Shown in pieces: positions 36,128-39,981 of a stretch of 39,981 bases of DNA. The notes beneath the pieces are model-generated. The model did not search any database. It saw only the letters and a program-made list of their open reading frames with translations, and had not been told where the DNA came from. The number at the start of each line of letters is the position of its first letter. The first letter of the stretch is position 1. The stretch covers positions 1 through 39,981 of the forward strand of contig JAYGCN010000121.1 of assembly GCA_046583315.1 (NCBI GenBank). Reading direction: 5' to 3'. Made by a program: the position numbers and the translations under genes. Source of the stretch: Candidatus Hydrogenedentota bacterium (GTDB lineage Bacteria; Hydrogenedentota; Hydrogenedentia; Hydrogenedentales; GCA-2746185).

Positions 36128-36149
36128 TTTTATAATTTGCGCTAATTTT

Positions 36150-36236
36150 GGGCGAGTGGTGGAATTGGCAGACACGACGGACTTAAAATCCGTTGAGCGC
36201 AAGCTCTTGAGGGTTCAAGTCCCTCCTCGCCTACCA
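36150..36236 (+). tRNA. tRNA-Leu (TAA)
   Basis: Acceptor stem GGGCGAG/CTCGCCT, anticodon arm ACGGA-CTTAAAA-TCCGT, long variable arm GAGC-GCAA-GCTC, encoded CCA. Confidence 0.96.
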
Positions 36237-36296
36237 TAGATTTCGCGACCTTTGCGGGTCTGGTATGCGGTTTTAGGCAGAAGTTTCTGAGGTGTC

Positions 36297-37205
36297 ATGG
36301 CCAAGATACTGATAGTCGATGACGACGAACAAACTGCCCAGCAGATTGCTTCTGATTTGAAGCAGGCTGGGCATACTTGTGCGACGCTGGATGATGGCGC
36401 GACGGTTCTGAGTGTTGCGCGCAAATCCGACCTGGACCTCCTAATTCTTGATGTGATGCTCCCCTCCACCTCCGGTTTCGAGGTGTGTCGACAGATTCGT
36501 CGGGACGATAAGTTGTATATGCTCCCGATATTACTGGTTTCTTCCATGAGTGATGAGGCGGAGATTCAGCATGGCCTTGAACAGGGTGCCGATGGCTACG
36601 TCACGAAACCTATCGATACGCAGAATTTTATGGTGCGTGTGGAGCGCATGTTGCAAGTCAATCAGAATTCGGATTACATCGATTCGACTACGGGCCTGCC
36701 GGATGCGGAAGGTACGCGCAAGCTGGTTCAGCAGCACATTACACGCAACGATGCCTTTGCATTGGTTTACGTTGAATTGCTTCGACTGAAGGAATTTTCC
36801 GCGCGTGCGGGAATCGATGGCCGGGAAAAAGCGTTGCGGCACCTGACGCGCGCGTTGCATCATTGTGCGGAAAATCTTTTGATCGAAGACTATTTACTGG
36901 GCCATGTGGGCGGCGGGTATTTTATTTGCATGTTGCCGATTGACGGTTCTGAACGGTATTGCGAAAAAGTGCTCAAGAGCTGGCACAACCACATGCTTCG
37001 GTTTTACAAGACACCGAATCTCAAGGTGAATTACGAGGAAGCGCTATCTCGTGATGAGGTTTTGGATTTGACGATGTGCGTGACGTACCGCGAGACGGGC
37101 GATCACATCACGGCCCAACAGTTGTTGGAAACAGTATCCAGAATCCATAAAATTGCGAATATCGATGGACTTCCGGGAATTCACATGGACAGACGTGTTT
37201 TATAG
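36297..37205 (+). CDS. Response regulator receiver + degenerate GGDEF-like domain
   Basis: Receiver motifs ILIVDDD, ILDVMLP, YVTKP; then DSTTGLPD and GHVGGGYF in place of GHIGGDDF; GAGG SD. Confidence 0.85.
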   Translation: MAKILIVDDDEQTAQQIASDLKQAGHTCATLDDGATVLSVARKSDLDLLILDVMLPSTSGFEVCRQIRRDDKLYMLPILLVSSMSDEAEIQHGLEQGADGYVTKPIDTQNFMVRVERMLQVNQNSDYIDSTTGLPDAEGTRKLVQQHITRNDAFALVYVELLRLKEFSARAGIDGREKALRHLTRALHHCAENLLIEDYLLGHVGGGYFICMLPIDGSERYCEKVLKSWHNHMLRFYKTPNLKVNYEEALSRDEVLDLTMCVTYRETGDHITAQQLLETVSRIHKIANIDGLPGIHMDRRVL

Positions 37206-37254
37206 TTATTCGTTATCTCAATCGTGGATATGCTGATCGCAAAGTGTGGAAAAC

Positions 37255-37284
37255 TTGACAAGGTCCAATAAATTCACGTATTCT
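37255..37284 (+). promoter_or_regulatory. Putative sigma70 promoter for tRNA-Phe/tRNA-Thr
   Basis: TTGACA, then 18 nt, then TATTCT, followed by a C-rich discriminator, 9 nt before tRNA-Phe. Confidence 0.65.
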
Positions 37285-37293
37285 CCCCCTCGT

Positions 37294-37369
37294 GCCGGGA
37301 TAGCTCAGTTGGTAGAGCAGCGGATTGAAAATCCGCGTGTCGGCGGTTCAATTCCGCCTCCTGGCACCA
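37294..37369 (+). tRNA. tRNA-Phe (GAA)
   Basis: Acceptor stem GCCGGGA/TCCTGGC, anticodon arm GCGGA-TTGAAAA-TCCGC, encoded CCA. Confidence 0.96.
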
Positions 37370-37376
37370 TTTTAAC

Positions 37377-37452
37377 GCTGGAATAGCTCAGTTGGTAGAG
37401 CGCATCACTCGTAATGATGAGGTCCGGGGTTCAATTCCCCGTTCCAGCCCCA
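37377..37452 (+). tRNA. tRNA-Thr (CGT)
   Basis: Acceptor stem GCTGGAA/TTCCAGC, anticodon arm CATCA-CTCGTAA-TGATG, encoded CCA. Confidence 0.96.
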
Positions 37453-37521
37453 TTGCGCTCGGGCGTGCTTAGTGCCCGCTCGTATTCTGTGAAACCGTCG
37501 TTGGCACAGGGGTCGAATCAT

Positions 37522-38100
37522 ATGGAGCAAAAACAGTCATTCAGCACCTCGGAAGTGGCAAAATACTGCCACGTAACAGCGGATACGATTCGAAAGTGGG
37601 CTGAAGCGGGCCGTATCAACGTTTTTAAAACCCCGGGCGGTCATCGCCGCATCCGCCGTGAAGAGCTGATTCTCTTTCTGCAAGATAATGGGATTCCATT
37701 GCATGACGACCTTAGCAACGATGGCGTCAAGGTGTTGGTGGTTGATGATGACAGGACTGTGCTGGCGGTTATCAGCCGTTTCCTCGAGCATTCAGCGACC
37801 AATTTTGAGGTGAGCACCGCATCGGACGGATTTGAAGCGGGTCATTTGGTTGGCACTTTCGCCCCGCAAGTGGTTTTTCTGGATATTCGGCTTCCTGGTA
37901 CTAATGGAACCGAGGTGTGCCGTCGGATCAAGAGTTCGGCCGGTTCTTCGGATACCCATATTATTGCCATGACGGCGTTTTATGACGAGGATATCGCCAA
38001 GGAAATAACGACTCTGGGCGCGGCAACGTGTTTGAAGAAACCGTTTACTCCGGATGATTTGCGTCGGGCATTGGCACTGGTAGGCGTTGAGACTGCCTAA
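37522..38100 (+). CDS. Excisionase/MerR-like HTH + C-terminal receiver domain regulator
   Basis: HTH FSTSEVAKYCHV...TIRKW...G......TPGGHRRI; receiver motifs VLVVDDD, FLDIRLPG, MTA, KKPF. Start revised to ATG 37522. Confidence 0.9.
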   Translation: MEQKQSFSTSEVAKYCHVTADTIRKWAEAGRINVFKTPGGHRRIRREELILFLQDNGIPLHDDLSNDGVKVLVVDDDRTVLAVISRFLEHSATNFEVSTASDGFEAGHLVGTFAPQVVFLDIRLPGTNGTEVCRRIKSSAGSSDTHIIAMTAFYDEDIAKEITTLGAATCLKKPFTPDDLRRALALVGVETA

Positions 38101-38154
38101 ACTCGAAATTCCATCAATCCAATCAATCGCCTGCGTAATACAAAGGACAGGTAA

Positions 38155-39981
38155 TTGTTGACCGACGGCCGGCATGACAAATCCGCACCCCTTCCGCACA
38201 CGGTGTATCGAGATCGTATTGCGCGTATGCGGGCCACGCTCTCTGACCTTGAAAATCGTGACCGCTTCCTTTCGAATAGCCGTTTCATTGTATTTCTGGT
38301 GATTGTTGGGGTATCCATCGCTGCATGGAGATCACCGGCCGTATCGCTTTGGTGGGCAAGCATCCCTGGAGTGGTTTTCATCGGTCTGCTAACGGTTCAC
38401 GCGCGCGTCGGTCGTGAGATCAATCGCATGCAGGACGGTATTCGCTTTTATGAGGGAGGATTGGCGCGCATTGGCGACACCTGGTCGGGCATGGGAACTC
38501 CTGGAGACGCGTGGGCTCCAGAGGAACACCCTTACGCACGCGACCTGGACCTATTTGGCACGGGTTCGTTATTCGAATTGCTCAATACGACACGCACGCA
38601 GTTCGGGGAAGAGACTCTGTCAAAATGGATGTGTGCGCCGGCATCGATCGATACGATTGAGTCCCGTCGTGAAGCGGTGGCTGAATTGCGTGAGCGTCTC
38701 GACCTTCGCGAAGCACTGGGTGTGGCTGGCGCGGACATTCGTTCGGGCTTGCATCCGATTCGACTTCGTTCCTGGGCCACGTCGCGTCAGGGTCGTCTTT
38801 CGAAGAAGACTATGTGGCTTGCCCGCGGATTAACGGTTTTGTCGTTCTGGGCCATTGCACATCTGTTGAACGGCGGGTTTATGCTGTATTTTCCGCTTTT
38901 GAATCTGTTCATAGCGAATCTCTTTTTCTTACGCTTTGCGGAACGTCACTTTGAAGAACGAATGGCGGGGATTGATAGCGCTGTCCAGGATTTACGCTTG
39001 TTCGTTTTGCTTGCTGAGTGTCTGGAGAAAGAGGAGTTCTCTTCTCCCTTACTCGCCGCGCATCAGAAACGTCTTACGCGGGGTGAGCGGAGTGCCTCAG
39101 AATCGATACGAAATTTGGAACGGATGTTCGTCGCGCTGGAGCAGATTCGCAATCAACTGTTTGCTCCTTTTGCGATACTCTGGCTATGGGTCATACACAT
39201 GATGGACGCGATTGAAGGATGGCGTGAATCCCATGGTGAGTTGATTTTGGAGTGGATGAATGCGCTTGGGGAAATAGAGGCCTTGTGCGCGCTGGCGACG
39301 TATTCGTTTGAGCATCCGGATGATGCCACGGCGACGCTTGTTCGCCAAGACACGCCGCGGGTGGAAGGTATCGATCTCGGGCATCCTTTACTGCCTTCGA
39401 CGCAATGTGTGCGAAACGGTGTGACGCTCAATCGAGAACATTCGTTGATTGTCGTGAGTGGATCGAATATGTCGGGGAAAAGCACGTATTTACGAACCAT
39501 CGGCATCAATATTGTGCTTGCACTGATGGGTGCACCGGTGCGGGCGAAATCGATGGCCCTTACGCCGTGCATGGTGGGCGCGTCGATTCGAGTGGAGGAC
39601 TCCATCCAAGAAGGAATCTCTCATTTTTATGCGGAGATATTGAGGCTTAAACTGATTGAATCGCTGGCGGCAAAGAAGCTACCCGTTGTGTTTCTGATCG
39701 ATGAAATTTTGCACGGTACGAATTCGAATGATCGGCGCGTGGGTACGGAGGGCGTGATGAACCATCTGTTGGCACTCGGAGCCATTGGTCTTATCACGAC
39801 GCATGATCTTGAGTTGACGCGCATGCGGGGATTCGAGCAAGCAAAAATGCGTAATGTGCATTTCGAGGACCGGATGGAAAAGGATGCCCTGGAATTCGAT
39901 TATCGGGTGAGAGACGGGGTCGTGGTCAACAGCAATGCGCTTGCGTTGATGCGCTCGATAGGAATCGATATCCCGGATCCG
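38155..39981 (+). CDS. MutS-related protein (TM segments + MutS domain V ATPase); stop codon lies beyond the window
   Basis: Not in the ORF track because it has no stop in the window. AAAGGA SD, TTG start at 38155 or 38158. Manual translation gives HPYARDLDLFGTGSLFELL, GHPLL, Walker A SGSNMSGKSTYLRT, SHFYAEI, FLIDEILHGTNS, TTHDL, SNALALMR. Confidence 0.92.
   Translation, partial: MLTDGRHDKSAPLPHTVYRDRIARMRATLSDLENRDRFLSNSRFIVFLVIVGVSIAAWRSPAVSLWWASIPGVVFIGLLTVHARVGREINRMQDGIRFYEGGLARIGDTWSGMGTPGDAWAPEEHPYARDLDLFGTGSLFELLNTTRTQFGEETLSKWMCAPASIDTIESRREAVAELRERLDLREALGVAGADIRSGLHPIRLRSWATSRQGRLSKKTMWLARGLTVLSFWAIAHLLNGGFMLYFPLLNLFIANLFFLRFAERHFEERMAGIDSAVQDLRLFVLLAECLEKEEFSSPLLAAHQKRLTRGERSASESIRNLERMFVALEQIRNQLFAPFAILWLWVIHMMDAIEGWRESHGELILEWMNALGEIEALCALATYSFEHPDDATATLVRQDTPRVEGIDLGHPLLPSTQCVRNGVTLNREHSLIVVSGSNMSGKSTYLRTIGINIVLALMGAPVRAKSMALTPCMVGASIRVEDSIQEGISHFYAEILRLKLIESLAAKKLPVVFLIDEILHGTNSNDRRVGTEGVMNHLLALGAIGLITTHDLELTRMRGFEQAKMRNVHFEDRMEKDALEFDYRVRDGVVVNSNALALMRSIGIDIPDP

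Noticed and set aside
36052..37452. tRNA genes as integration sites of a prophage or genomic island
   Set aside because: No integrase, no duplicated tRNA 3' end and no phage genes in the window. The excisionase-like HTH at 37522 is fused to a receiver domain, a common regulator architecture.
21016..39981. A DNA-repair or defence island (AlkC, hypoxanthine glycosylase, DinB, MutS-like)
   Set aside because: The genes are dispersed among unrelated metabolic genes. This DinB family is not Pol IV, and the TM-bearing MutS domain V protein lacks mismatch-recognition domains.

Overview
Bacterial chromosomal window of moderate GC content (low-to-mid 50s % by eye). It carries about 33 protein-coding genes and 4 tRNA genes (Cys-GCA, Leu-TAA, Phe-GAA, Thr-CGT). 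I found no rRNA, CRISPR array, integrase or transposase. From left to right: a minus-strand TPR/peptidase-MA, DUF4159, MoxR, DUF58, BatA/vWA operon (runs off the left edge); acyl-CoA dehydrogenase; histidine phosphatase; DUF1569; aldehyde dehydrogenase; a nonsense-interrupted small membrane gene; SO2930-like dihaem cytochrome c; mannose-6-P isomerase; Bax inhibitor-1; a frameshifted lipoprotein gene; a tightly coupled operon of an atypical SDR, a stand-alone DUF2156 aminoacyl-tRNA-dependent transferase and a YidC paralogue; Ig-like protein; AlkC; glutaryl-CoA-DH-like; a stand-alone AICAR transformylase; a metallophosphoesterase-HEAT fusion; an IgGFc-binding-domain lipoprotein; a coupled acyl-CoA ligase, exported YdjC deacetylase and exported lactonase trio; a divergent NagB-like protein; hypoxanthine-DNA glycosylase; exported DinB and VOC proteins; tRNA pairs alternating with two response regulators; and a MutS domain V protein (runs off the right edge). 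The two most promising leads are the SDR-DUF2156-YidC operon and a dispersed two-hairpin repeat with compensatory stem changes that always sits in the same orientation behind stop codons. All product calls come from recognising motifs by eye; no database searches were run.
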